63,841 bases of DNA, filler included, from Octopus bimaculoides (GCF_001194135.2; 9 parts of 9 records of this genome joined end to end with filler, not necessarily neighbours in it); one strand, 5' to 3'; positions 1 through 11,680 are shown, counted from the whole stretch's first letter. The notes: generated by a model not told the origin, from the sequence alone. Numbers and translations: made by a program.

Positions 1-430
1 CCACCACCACCACAACCACCACCACCACCACCACCACCACCGCCATTACCATCATTATCACCATCATCACAAACACCATCATCACAAACACTATCATCAC
101 CACCACCACCACCACCATCACCATTACTCTCCACCATTATCATCACTACCCACCACCGCCTCCAATAAGCACCAGGCTACACCATCTTCCTCCTCATCAT
201 CATCTTGACCACCTTCATCTCCCGAACGACGTCCATAACGTCTATACAACGACGCTTCCTCCCCCCCCATAATTACTACCACCACCACCACCACCACAAT
301 CACCACCACTACCAGCACAATTACCACCAATGCGACTTCCAGCGGCACAGTGGTCGCCATCACCACTGCTTGCACCACCACCATCATCGCCGCCATTACT
401 GCCGCCATCACTTTCAACAATCTAATTCAA
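1..430. repeat. (CAC/CAT)n low-complexity trinucleotide tract
   Basis: Directly visible. The overlapping poly-His/Val ORFs are artefacts of the repeat. Confidence 0.95.
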
Positions 431-469
431 TTGCTGATGATCATTGGAAGTAAATCTTTCAAAGACGAA

Positions 470-849
470 AGGCGGAGTGTACGACAGACAGACAGATAGA
501 CAGACAGACAGACAGTCCATTCTAAACCAAAGGATAAACGCTGTACACCCTGCCGCTCTGTCGCTCAGCCCCGTGCCTCACTCACTACGGAAAAGGGGAA
601 GAAGTCGCTTCCCCCCTTTTTCGCTCCTTTTCGCTCCATTGAAAAAGCACGTCAGTGTAACAATGGTATGAGAGGTGCAGCTGACACGCACAGCTTGACT
701 CGAACCTGCGAGTACAGCTGACTGGACATTGGTTTACGAATGACGAACTCTGTTGGATGGCGAACAAGATGAAGTAAAGAAACAAAAACAGAAAGAAACG
801 AACAACGCAGTGACCGCAACGAAAGAGTGTGTTAGAGCGATCGGTGAGT
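470..849 (+). promoter_or_regulatory. Possible promoter / non-coding first exon (weak)
   Basis: Locally CpG-rich, with a CRE-like GCACGTCA near 647 and a strong donor-like CG|GTGAGT at 844. No linked coding sequence recognised. Confidence 0.2.
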
Positions 850-1029
850 TTAACGAATGATTCGTATATAGGGGTGCGTATATGTAAGTGTGTGTGTACA
901 AACACGCACACTTACATATACTTATGCATACATATACACTCGCGTACATACATATACTAACGCATGCTAATAGTGTGTATCTATGTATATGTATGTGCAA
1001 ACATCCATATGCATGTATGTGTCGATGTG

Positions 1030-1077
1030 TTTTTGTGTATGTATGTATGTATGTACGTCTATCTATCTATCTATCTC

Positions 1078-1129
<52 letters not shown>

Positions 1130-1417
1130 ACTCTTTCAGCCCCTCACTATGAATACTATGAATATATATATATATATATATATATGGCAGCTGATGAATA
1201 ATTCCAAGTGGCTTTCTGTTTTCCTATGTGTTCGTTCCGTTGTCTGTAGTTCATTGTTGTAACGTCCTGTACCCTGATATGCATCTATATACACATGTAG
1301 ATGTAAGTATATACATATATGTGTGTATACATGCATATATATTCTCTGTATTATTACATCATTGAACGCACACGTCCTTTTTGCAAGTAAGACTGTACTT
1401 TATTATTCTGACGTGAC

Positions 1418-1484
<67 letters not shown>

Positions 1485-1538
1485 GTCTTCCTCTATCTTT
1501 CTATCTATCCCTCTATCTACCTATCTATCTTTCTTCTT
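1030..1538. repeat. (TATG)n/(TATC)n/(TA)n microsatellite cluster
   Basis: Directly visible. Confidence 0.95.
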
Positions 1539-2217
1539 ANNNNNNNNNNNNNNNNNNNNNNNNNNNNNNNNNNNNNNNNNNNNNNNNNNNNNNNNNNNNN
1601 NNNNNNNNNNNNNNNNNNNNNNNNNNNNNNNNNNNNNNNNNNNNNNNNNNNNNNNNNNNNNNNNNNNNNNNNNNNNNNNNNNNNNNNNNNNNNNNNNNNN
1701 NNNNNNNNNNNNNNNNNNNNNNNNNNNNNNNNNNNNNNNNNNNNNNNNNNNNNNNNNNNNNNNNNNNNNNNNNNNNNNNNNNNNNNNNNNNNNNNNNNNN
1801 NNNNNNNNNNNNNNNNNNNNNNNNNNNNNNNNNNNNNNNNNNNNNNNNNNNNNNNNNNNNNNNNNNNNNNNNNNNNNNNNNNNNNNNNNNNNNNNNNNNN
1901 NNNNNNNNNNNNNNNNNNNNNNNNNNNNNNNNNNNNNNNNNNNNNNNNNNNNNNNNNNNNNNNNNNNNNNNNNNNNNNNNNNNNNNNNNNNNNNNNNNNN
2001 NNNNNNNNNNNNNNNNNNNNNNNNNNNNNNNNNNNNNNNNNNNNNNNNNNNNNNNNNNNNNNNNNNNNNNNNNNNNNNNNNNNNNNNNNNNNNNNNNNNN
2101 NNNNNNNNNNNNNNNNNNNNNNNNNNNNNNNNNNNNCAATGGGAAACTTGTGGTTTTCGCTGGTATGTCTTTAATTAAATAGACAACAAAGAAGGAAGAA
2201 GCAGAGACGAGGGTAGG

Positions 2218-2264
2218 ATTTACGATCGTTTCAATTTACTGGTTTACGTAAATCTCTTCAGAAT
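2218..2264 (-). ncRNA. Minimal type-I hammerhead ribozyme motif (canonical core), Penelope-type
   Basis: Minus strand reads AUU-CUGAAGA-GAUUUAC(guaaacca)GUAAAUU-GAA-ACGAUCGU-A-AAU: 3-bp stem I, 7-bp stem II, palindromic loopless stem III, GUA cleavage triplet. Confidence 0.7.
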
Positions 2265-2897
2265 GCAAATATAAATAGATGCATCGGTAAGGATGTGAAA
2301 ATAATTGATACATTTGTGATGGTAATGTAAACAAAGTGGTAATTCTTACATTAAATTTTTGTTCTTGCGCTGGTAAATTCGCTGGGTAGGGGTTAGCTTG
2401 TGGTAGATTGGTTCGTTTCGTTGGGTAATTAGGGCGGGGTGAGTATTATTTAGGTGCGCATGTATATAGAGAGACGTACCCACACATACATATACACACA
2501 TAAAGCGTACACATACGCACAAAAAACAATGGGCACGCAATTCATGGTAGGTTTTTTTTCTGCCTCCTTCCATATTCTGTTGCATTTGAAGTTGCTGATA
2601 ATTTGCATAACAGGTAAAATGTATTATATTTCAACATCTGTCATTGATTGTATTTATTGCGGAACACAAATGGGGTGAGTTGCAAGATTGTTTCTACAAA
2701 TGTTATGCAATTATTACGTATTTTACTGAAACGTGCATATATTCAATAAAGTGTCGAAATCCATACATGATTTTCTGTATATTATTATTTGTGTTATCTG
2801 ATACTTGTCTAACTTGACGTTGATGCTCTGCGGCGTACCACGCTGGACATTTGAGTGGAGTGTGGAACCCAATACTTAGTCTTAACAGCGCCTTTTT

Positions 2898-2977
<80 letters not shown>

Positions 2978-2980
2978 CCC

Positions 2981-3600
2981 AGGAGTGGCTGTGTGGTAAG
3001 TAGCTTGCTTACCAACCACATGGNNNNNNNNNNNNNNNNNNNNNNNNNNNNNNNNNNNNNNNNNNNNNNNNNNNNNNNNNNNNNNNNNNNNNNNNNNNNN
3101 NNNNNNNNNNNNNNNNNNNNNNNNNNNNNNNNNNNNNNNNNNNNNNNNNNNNNNNNNNNNNNNNNNNNNNNNNNNNNNNNNNNNNNNNNNNNNNNNNNNN
3201 NNNNNNNNNNNNNNNNNNNNNNNNNNNNNNNNNNNNNNNNNNNNNNNNNNNNNNNNNNNNNNNNNNNNNNNNNNNNNNNNNNNNNNNNNNNNNNNNNNNN
3301 NNNNNNNNNNNNNNNNNNNNNNNNNNNNNNNNNNNNNNNNNNNNNNNNNNNNNNNNNNNNNNNNNNNNNNNNNNNNNNTGTATATGTTTGTGTCTGTGTT
3401 TGTCCCCCCCCCATCGCTTGACAACCGATGCTGGTGTGTTTACGTCCCCGTAACTTAGCAGTTCGGCAAAAGAGACCGATAGAATAAGTACTAGGCTTAC
3501 AAAGAATAAGTCCTGGGGTCGATTTACTCGACTAAAGGCGGTGCTCCAGCATGGCCGCAGTCAAATGACTGAAAGAAATAAAAGAGTAAAAGAGTAAAGA
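2981..3600 (+). mobile_element. tRNA-derived SINE (family A) with internal microsatellite/gap
   Basis: Head GGAGTGGCTGTGTGGTAAG; tail GGCGGTGCTCCAGCATGGCC...GACTGAAA plus (AAAGAGT) repeats; many homologous copies in the window. Confidence 0.85.
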
Positions 3601-5062
3601 GGTATATACATATATATATCTTTCTATTTATGTAGTTGTCCTGGTATCATTACATAACAATAGCTTCTTAACTTCCTTTTTCCTCCTCTGTCTTATATAA
3701 AGATGGAGGCTTTTAGCCTCCATCTTTATGTTTTTAAATATAAATCTGAATTTCTCTGAAATATCCTTTTCCCTCTTATACATTGCATATACCTTAGTCA
3801 TAAATCAGATAAAAAGATTTCTTTCACCCATACATAAACCTTTTAGATATCTCCCTTTTTTTAATATTTATTTACGTGCATCGTTGTCTGCATATTGACA
3901 TTCTGCTATTGTTCCCGCCTCCGTCTTCCTTTCATTCCATTTCACATATCCGTAAAAAAAATGCTCCCCTTTTATTGCTCTTTTTCCTATAATTTTACTG
4001 ACTTTTTCGACCACAATATACCTAAATGATGTATTGCATTGTAACCATTCATCCTAAGCATACATAGTTCATGAGTATTGTTTTCTTCTTTTTTCTTTTT
4101 TTCGACATTTTACTAACATTAACCCAATTCCATTTTTGTCATGCCCAATAAATGCAACCATGAAATTGTAGTCTTTATGAACTTCCGTACATAATTAATT
4201 TATACCAGTAACTATGAATATTATTAATTTTCAATAATTCAATAATTTCAATAATAATTTCATCCTCCTTGAATGCATTCTTTGCTATTGAACTCGTATA
4301 ATTCAAATCTCTAAACCGTTTAGTTTCTTTCAACTATAAATATCCCGTCCTAATTCATTTAACTCCTTACAGATGGCATTTCCTACTAACATCTAATTCA
4401 GTTTAATCGACCCACTTTCCCAAGATAACCCCACACACATTTTTTTTTATCGCTTCTTGTACTCTTTTATCCTCTACATCTGCAGTAATTTTAAATCTAT
4501 ATATCTCTTCACACATTGATGCTTCATTTTAAATTATTTAAAATCTTACGTATATATTCATGCGCTTGTTTAATATTGTAAATTTCTATCGAAATCTTTT
4601 ATGAAGAGTCATAATTGTTTTATAATTATTTTATTTAATCTCATGTGATACTAGCAATATTTCGCAGTATTAGATAAACGTACAATATTTTGTTCTGTTT
4701 TACAAAGACAGCTTGCTACGACGTTATTTGTCCTTTTATATATCCAGTGCAGATATAAATATCAATGCCCAGATATATATCATAGTTACTTTCCTTAACC
4801 TTTCATTCTATAAGTTACCAGCAGTAGATTCTCTGTTTTGACAGAATGATAAATATATACAGTGATAAATATACAACTAAACTGAAATACACAGATGGAC
4901 TGTTAGCCTGGCATACTGATATATCAACTGACCAAATGATATATAGACATTCATTATAATTTAATTGATGTACATACTGACAGACGGAAGGGTGAGCGCG
5001 CGCGTGTATGATATGCGTGGTGCGGTGAATAAATTACATAAAAATATCTTGAAATACTAAAT

Positions 5063-5690
5063 TCATTCAATAAGATCGGCATTGGCTTCAACCACGGCCT
5101 CCAAACGACTTCGGAATCTCCTGCAACTCTTCTGGACAGTCCCCTTGTTAGAGTTGGTGAATGCTGCCATAATCCTTGCCTTCAGTTAGAAGGGGATTTG
5201 TTGGTCTCTCACTCAACTGCACCCCACACATAATGATCAAGGGAGTTGCAGTCTGGGGAGTTAGGTGGCCAGATGTTAGGAGTGATGTGGTCGCAGAAAT
5301 TGTCTGACAGCCATGACTGGGCTCTGCTGCTTGTGTAGAATGGTGCAGAGTCCTGTTGCCAGACATAGGGTCTTCCAGCAGCCACCCTCTTGATCCAGGG
5401 CAACACTACCTCCTCCAGGCACTTGATATAGGCCTGTGTTGAGTCTGATAAATGGAGGCATAACGTCGCCATCACTAGTGACCACTCCAAACACCATGAT
5501 GTTGACTGAATGTTTGATTTTTATCACTCGCGGTACATGTCCTGAGATTGACCCCCAAACACTCTGAAATATTCGTATTGGAGCTTCCGGTGCGAATGCC
5601 AATCAGCACACCACGTCGTTTCGAAATTCCTGGGTGAGTGAATTGCGTCATGGTGCTGTTTTTCTCACAGACGGTACCCAACTGGCCCTA
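5063..5690 (-). mobile_element. Internally deleted maT (DD37D) Tc1/mariner-superfamily transposase remnant
   Basis: WQQDSAP...WPPNSPDCNSLD has 37 residues between D2 and D3. C-terminus is RRFRSRLEAVVEANADLIE*. The N-terminal HTH start is joined directly to the catalytic region. Confidence 0.9.
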
Positions 5691-5760
5691 TTATACTGTG
5701 TAGTCGAAAAAATAATAAACAAAAAATGCGCATGCGTACCCTGCTGAATCGCTATCTTAC

Positions 5761-5845
5761 GGAGGTGTAAACACACCAACATTGGTTGTCAAGCGATGGT
5801 GGTGGTGGTGGTGGGAGACAAAAACAGAAAGACACACACACAGAC

Positions 5846-5927
<82 letters not shown>

Positions 5928-6007
5928 GCGACGGGCTTCTTTCAGTTTCCATTTACATTTCCGAGGCCATAGTAGAAAACACTTGCCGAAGGTGCCACGC
6001 AGTGGGA
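5761..6007 (-). mobile_element. SINE family A partial copy with central (TA)n
   Basis: Homology to 2981-3600 and 9563-9806. Confidence 0.8.
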
Positions 6008-6202
6008 GTAAATACTCTTCTTGTTAAGGAAGAATAAGTATGTTGTCTACAAAATGTATTGAGAGTAATTCTTCACTTCAATGTAAAATTGATTTTATTA
6101 TATCTTAACATAAAAAAAAAACATTAATATTTACAATCCAACACATTTAGATGGAGGTATTTAATTACACAGGAAAAACCAACATAAATAGCTACACAGA
6201 TA

Positions 6203-6282
6203 GGCGGTACATATTCTAAAATTGGAATGATACAGAGAAGGTTAGCATGGCCCCTGCGCAAGGATGACACGCAAATTTGTGA
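6203..6282 (+). pseudogene. U6: U6 snRNA pseudogene (about nt 12-91)
   Basis: Matches the vertebrate U6 sequence as recalled, with 6 mismatches over 80 nt. ACAGAGA box and AGC triad are present; the 5' start and 3' U-tail are missing. Confidence 0.95.
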
Positions 6283-6629
6283 TATTAGGCAATGACTGTA
6301 TTATATACAGACAAACACATAACGAAAACTTATGCTCTTCATTCTGTCTCTTTCCTCGCTGATTTTTTTTTATCTCACCGTCTCTCTCTACCTTTCTGTC
6401 TTTCCTCATCGTCCTTTCCCATTCCTATTTGGTTCTCTCTCTTTTTCTCACTTTCCTCTCTTTACCTTCTCTTTCTCTCATTCTCACTCAATCTCTCTCA
6501 TTATGTCTTTACAATATACTGTCACTACGCCAAGAATGTGTCTCTTCTTCCGCTTCTAATATTCTACTATCCAACTACCTTTTTACACGATGTCTGCAAT
6601 GTAAACAAATGTCGTTAACTTTTATTCTT

Positions 6630-6793
6630 TCACTTCAGTCGAACAAAACGGCCCCAGGACTTAGTCTTTGTAAACCTAGTACTTATTCTATCGGTTCTTT
6701 TGTCGAACCGCTAAGTTACGGGGACGTAAATACATCAACATCGGTTGTCAAGCAGTGATGGAAGGACAAACACAGACACAAAGACACACACGC

Positions 6794-6800
<7 letters not shown>
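6630..6800 (-). mobile_element. SINE family A 3' half
   Basis: CCTAGTACTTATTCTATCGG...CGCTAAGTTACGGGGACGTAAA shared with other copies. Confidence 0.8.
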
Positions 6801-6829
<29 letters not shown>

Positions 6830-6992
6830 GTCTGAAGCAAAGTATGGCTGAACTTGAGATCTTGCGGGAGAGAAATGCAAATCCTTAATTCATACGCTAC
6901 AAATGATCACGATAAAAATCTGCAAGACCTTCTTAAGAGTCAATGGTTAAAACAAGATACTTTCTTTCACAACTACCAAATAGTTGGCCGGT

Positions 6993-6994
<2 letters not shown>

Positions 6995-7084
<90 letters not shown>
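6995..7084. repeat. (CA)n microsatellite
   Basis: Directly visible. Confidence 0.98.
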
Positions 7085-7088
<4 letters not shown>

Positions 7089-7405
7089 TTCACACAAATA
7101 TGCACGTAAATATGCAACGCTATGATAGTATGTTCACACGTATATACACGTTTGCACATGTCCGACAACTCATAGAATGTACCTATAACATACGCAGCAT
7201 GTTGACGTGTTATTGAAGCCTCTACGTGGTCGTTTGATTTGTTAGAAATAGCAGTCGAATCTCCCTCAAATCACACAGCTATCGTAAGACGCACGTTAGA
7301 TAGCGTGACCTTGGGTCGCCTTCAAATAAGAAAATGACTGAGTGGTTACGGCTGGAAAGTTTTTGATTATATCTCTGCTCATGAGAGTTGACCTAGGGGT
7401 AAGCA

Positions 7406-7445
<40 letters not shown>

Positions 7446-7579
7446 GCGCACACGCACACACAGTACACAGATACACACAGTACATACATATTATATATAC
7501 ACTTTGTGTACTCTCTCTCTTAAGCAAAGAAGGAAATTCGAAGAGGAGAAAGGATAAATCAAGATGGCGGACTCTTTGG

Positions 7580-8118
7580 TAACAACAAGAACAACAACGA
7601 TAACAACAAGAACAACATCAACAGCAGCAGCAGCAGCAGTAATAACAGCAACAAAAATAACAACAATAACAACAACAACAACAGCAATAACAACAACAAC
7701 AGCTCAAACACCAACAGACAGCAGCAACAGCAGCAGCAACAATAACAACAACAAAACAACAGCAAGAACTACAGCTACAACAAACAATTATTACAACAAC
7801 AACAACAACAGCAACATCAATAAGAACGTCAACGACCACAAGAACAATAACAGCGGCACCACCATTACTTAGAACAGCAAGAACAACAACTGCCACAACG
7901 AGAACAATATAATAACTAGCAGCTACAACAACAATAACAAAAAAGAAAATGACTAAAACAGCAGCAGCAGCAGTAGCAGCAAAAACTACAACACCAATGA
8001 TAATAACAACATCGAATACTGCAGTATCTAGAACAATAATAAGAAAAGTGATAACAGCAACATGACCACCACCACCACCACCGCAACCACCACCACCACT
8101 ACCACCACCACCACCACC
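7580..8118. repeat. Compound (AAC/CAG/ACC)n tract
   Basis: Directly visible. Confidence 0.95.
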
Positions 8119-8682
8119 NNNNNNNNNNNNNNNNNNNNNNNNNNNNNNNNNNNNNNNNNNNNNNNNNNNNNNNNNNNNNNNNNNNNNNNNNNNNNNNNNN
8201 NNNNNNNNNNNNNNNNNNNNNNNNNNNNNNNNNNNNNNNNNNNNNNNNNNNNNNNNNNNNNNNNNNNNNNNNNNNNNNNNNNNNNNNNNNNNNNNNNNNN
8301 NNNNNNNNNNNNNNNNNNNNNNNNNNNNNNNNNNNNNNNNNNNNNNNNNNNNNNNNNNNNNNNNNNNNNNNNNNNNNNNNNNNNNNNNNNNNNNNNNNNN
8401 NNNNNNNNNNNNNNNNNNNNNNNNNNNNNNNNNNNNNNNNNNNNNNNNNNNNNNNNNNNNNNNNNNNNNNNNNNNNNNNNNNNNNNNNNNNNNNNNNNNN
8501 NNNNNNNNNNNNNNNNNNNNNNNNNNNNNNNNNNNNNNNNNNNNNNNNNNNNNNNNNNNNNNNNNNNNNNNNNNNNNNNNNNNNNNNNNNNNNNNNNNNN
8601 NNNNNNNNNNNNNNNNNNNNNNNNNNNNNNNNNNNNNNNNNNNNNNNNNNNNNNNNNNNNNNNNNNNNNNNNNNNNNNNNNN

Positions 8683-8752
8683 TAGATAGATAGATACATA
8701 CATACATACATACATAGAGATATAGAGAGATAAAGAGATAGATAGCTAGATT

Positions 8753-8805
<53 letters not shown>

Positions 8806-8807
8806 GT

Positions 8808-8865
<58 letters not shown>

Positions 8866-8911
8866 CTAGAATGATAGAGGAATAGCTAGCTAGCTAGATA
8901 GATAGATAGCG

Positions 8912-8965
<54 letters not shown>

Positions 8966-9036
8966 CAAGATAAATTGCTGGTTAGCTAGCTAGCTAGATA
9001 GATAGACAGATAGGTAGCACGATAAATAGCTAGCTA
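8683..9036. repeat. (GATA)n/(GCTA)n tract
   Basis: Directly visible. Confidence 0.95.
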
Positions 9037-9239
9037 GATGGGGCTGGAGAAAGAAAACTGACCGAAAGCATCTCCATGTTTCCCATTTATGAGCGTTCGC
9101 GTGTATGCGGTAGTTTATGAACTCTCAGAACTATTGTAGATAGGCAGAGGGAAAGAGTAAGAGTGTGAAAGAAAATATGAAAGATTGAGAGAAAGACGAC
9201 AGGGTGAATCAGGAAAGTATAGAGAAGTTGTCAACTCTC

Positions 9240-9495
9240 CACCGCCTGATAGAATATTGTATATAGAGCGGGGCTCGGCGAACAAGATGGCGCTCAAAAT
9301 GTTGATTAGGCAGACAGCGACCAATCACGACAGCTAACTGTAAAGCATTATTAAAGTTACCCTGACAATAGCTTCATATTTCAGGCTCACTTCCGGTTCT
9401 AACTTTATTTTTTTTTTACCAACTTCCTGTAAAGGAAATAATAAGAAGAATATATCAAGGGCAATTTCTTTAAAAGCCATTTTTCACTTCCGTCA
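9240..9495. promoter_or_regulatory. Candidate TATA-less housekeeping-type Pol II promoter
   Basis: YY1-type CAAGATGGCG 9283-9292; CCAAT box GACCAATCA 9319-9327; ETS-type ACTTCCGG 9389-9396, ACTTCCTG 9422-9429 and ACTTCCGT 9486-9493; CpG-rich non-repeat sequence. Confidence 0.5.
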
Positions 9496-9562
9496 GTGAT
9501 TTGCTGTTTTCTTTAAGGCTTTAGTCATTGTTGTCGTATTATTGGTGCTGTTGCAGTTAATG

Positions 9563-9806
9563 TGACTGAGTGGTAAGAAGTTTGCTTCCCAACCACATGG
9601 TTCCGGGTTCAGTGCTATGGCATGGCACCTTCGCCGAGTGTCTTCTACTATAGCCTCAGGCCGACCAAAGTCTTGTGAGTGGATTTGGTAGAAGGAAACT
9701 GAAAGGAGCCCGTCGTGGTGTGTGTGTGTCTTCGTGTCTGTGTTTGTCCCCTCCACCATCAATTGGCAACCGATGTTGGAGTGTTTACGTCCCCCGAACT
9801 TATCGG
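9563..9806 (+). mobile_element. SINE family A (head to mid-body, cut by assembly spacer)
   Basis: tRNA-like head with B-box-like GGTTCCGGGTTCAG, then GTGAGTGGATTTGGTAGA core. Confidence 0.85.
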
Positions 9807-9906
9807 NNNNNNNNNNNNNNNNNNNNNNNNNNNNNNNNNNNNNNNNNNNNTTAATTAATTAANNNNNNNNNNNNNNNNNNNNNNNNNNNNNNNNNNNNNN
9901 NNNNNN
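9807..9906. other. Artificial assembly spacer N44-TTAATTAATTAA-N44
   Basis: Exact 100-bp construct; the 12-mer encodes stops in all six frames. Confidence 0.97.
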
Positions 9907-9939
<33 letters not shown>

Positions 9940-10550
9940 TAGATAGATACACAGACATATAGATATAACCATATGTCTATTTTTTAAATTATGTTCTGTA
10001 ATCTTGCTAGGGCACTGCCCTCAAGTATTTTAGTCAACCATATCAACTGTAGTACATGATTTAGCTCGGAACTTGTTTTATCTAACACTATTTGTCGAAT
10101 CGCAAGATAACTGGACATAAGGTTACACAATATAAAAGACACTAGTATTTAAACCAGTGTAAATTAAAATAGAAACCCTCTAAATGACAATGAAGCCTAT
10201 ACCACCGTTTTAACAGCTGTTAATTTTAGTGATGTTAGACTCGCTCAAACTCTCCCAAGGAACGAACAACTTGGGTTTTGCTGGTTTAACTGCAAAAGGT
10301 CTGGCGGCTATTAAGTGGACTGCACTTACATGTTACCACGGACAAACGACACAAAACTATCCGTATTTCGGTTGTAAAGGTGAGTGAGACGGCGGATCGT
10401 TTTACTAGTTCATTCTGGAAATTGCAAGTTCTAGATTTGCTTGGTGATCTGACAAATAGTTTGTGAGCGAACGTTCTGTGTTGTTTATGAGGTGTTGAAT
10501 ATTTTGGGTATTGTGGACCTCGTGGAAAGGAGTAAATGTTGTAGATGTCG

Positions 10551-10593
<43 letters not shown>

Positions 10594-10610
10594 AATAATA
10601 ATAATAATAT

Positions 10611-10990
10611 TAGGGATAAAAATCTAAATTTACAAGGAAAAATTCAATTTAATTTATCAAAATTAAAATAAAATAAAATTATGAATATATAGTTTAGAGA
10701 AAAAACCCACAATTATTGAATTCATCCATGAAAATCCACAATCACATACAGAAAAAATTAATAATTAAATACACTAAAAAGACTTATAATAAAAATCAAA
10801 AAAGTACAAAGTAGTGAATATTAAAATAGTATTTTAATATTTAAAATAATATTTTAATATTTATTACTTTGTACTTTTTTGATTCTTATTATAGGTCTTT
10901 TTAGTGTATGTACTTATTAAATTTTTCTGTGTGATTGTGGATTTTCATGGATGAATTCAATAATTGTGGGTTTTTTCTCTAAGTTATATA
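10611..10990. repeat. Dispersed repeat copy whose 3' part is duplicated in inverted orientation (fold-back, arms ~145 bp)
   Basis: 10694-~10840 pairs with ~10841-10982; a related non-palindromic copy lies at 15123-15330. Confidence 0.9.
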
Positions 10991-11194
10991 TATATATGTG
11001 TGTGTGTATAGGTGAATGTATGTGAATAAGTATGTGCATACATTAAGATACTCATGCAAAGGCAGTGAACAAGCAGAATCGTTAGCACGCCAGGTAAAAT
11101 ATAATATATACTAATGTATACGTGATTTAAGTCTCTGCTGAGACCCTGTCTGAAGATGATATAAATTGCAAATTAATCGGAGGTTTCTGATCTT

Positions 11195-11680
11195 AACTGA
11201 TTGGCAGTGTTGTGTACATTGTTTAGACTTGGTATAAAAGATGGGCTACAGCAAATATTCTGCTCAATACCACAGATCTGCTTGTCAGTTGTTTGACCAT
11301 AACCAGTTGAGTATGTCCCTTAGTGGCTGGCAATATGTGCATCCCTCATCACGAGAAGTTGTGGGGGAACATCATAGCCATGTGTTGAGAGGAATTCTTT
11401 GGAGTTTGGATAATTCACCTCTGGGTGTTTTGTCCAACATCCTTAAACAACTCTTATTCAGGGACCTTTTGAGCGGGATGGACTACTCGGTCTGAAGAAA
11501 CTTCTAACTAGGCCCCACCTGCAAGATCATGGTGCTGTTAATTTTAATATGCGATCACCATGTCGCGCACACATAGTTGTGATGCATGTGCCTGGTGTAC
11601 CCTTATCAGGTGAGTAGTCATGATGGGTATACTGGGCTTCGTATATTTTACCCCAGTGTCAGTTTGATGGCATGCACTGC
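11195..11680 (+). mobile_element. Unclassified interspersed repeat
   Basis: Head TCTTAACTGATTGG...GGTATAAAA shared with 17190-17275 on the minus strand. Confidence 0.5.

Noticed and set aside
3730-4800. Possible ancient L1/Tx1-type LINE on the minus strand
   Set aside because: Only a YLGI word near 4765 and vague composition; too decayed to support without a profile search.
9851-9862. TTAATTAATTAA as a biological motif (homeodomain or PacI-like site)
   Set aside because: Always centred in exactly 44+44 Ns, so it is an assembly linker.
10217-10379. Candidate coding exon (AG acceptors at 10216 and 10229, open frame, AAG|GTGAGT donor)
   Set aside because: The peptide is not recognisable, has no partner exons, and is separated from the 9240 promoter candidate by an artificial join; it needs RNA-seq.
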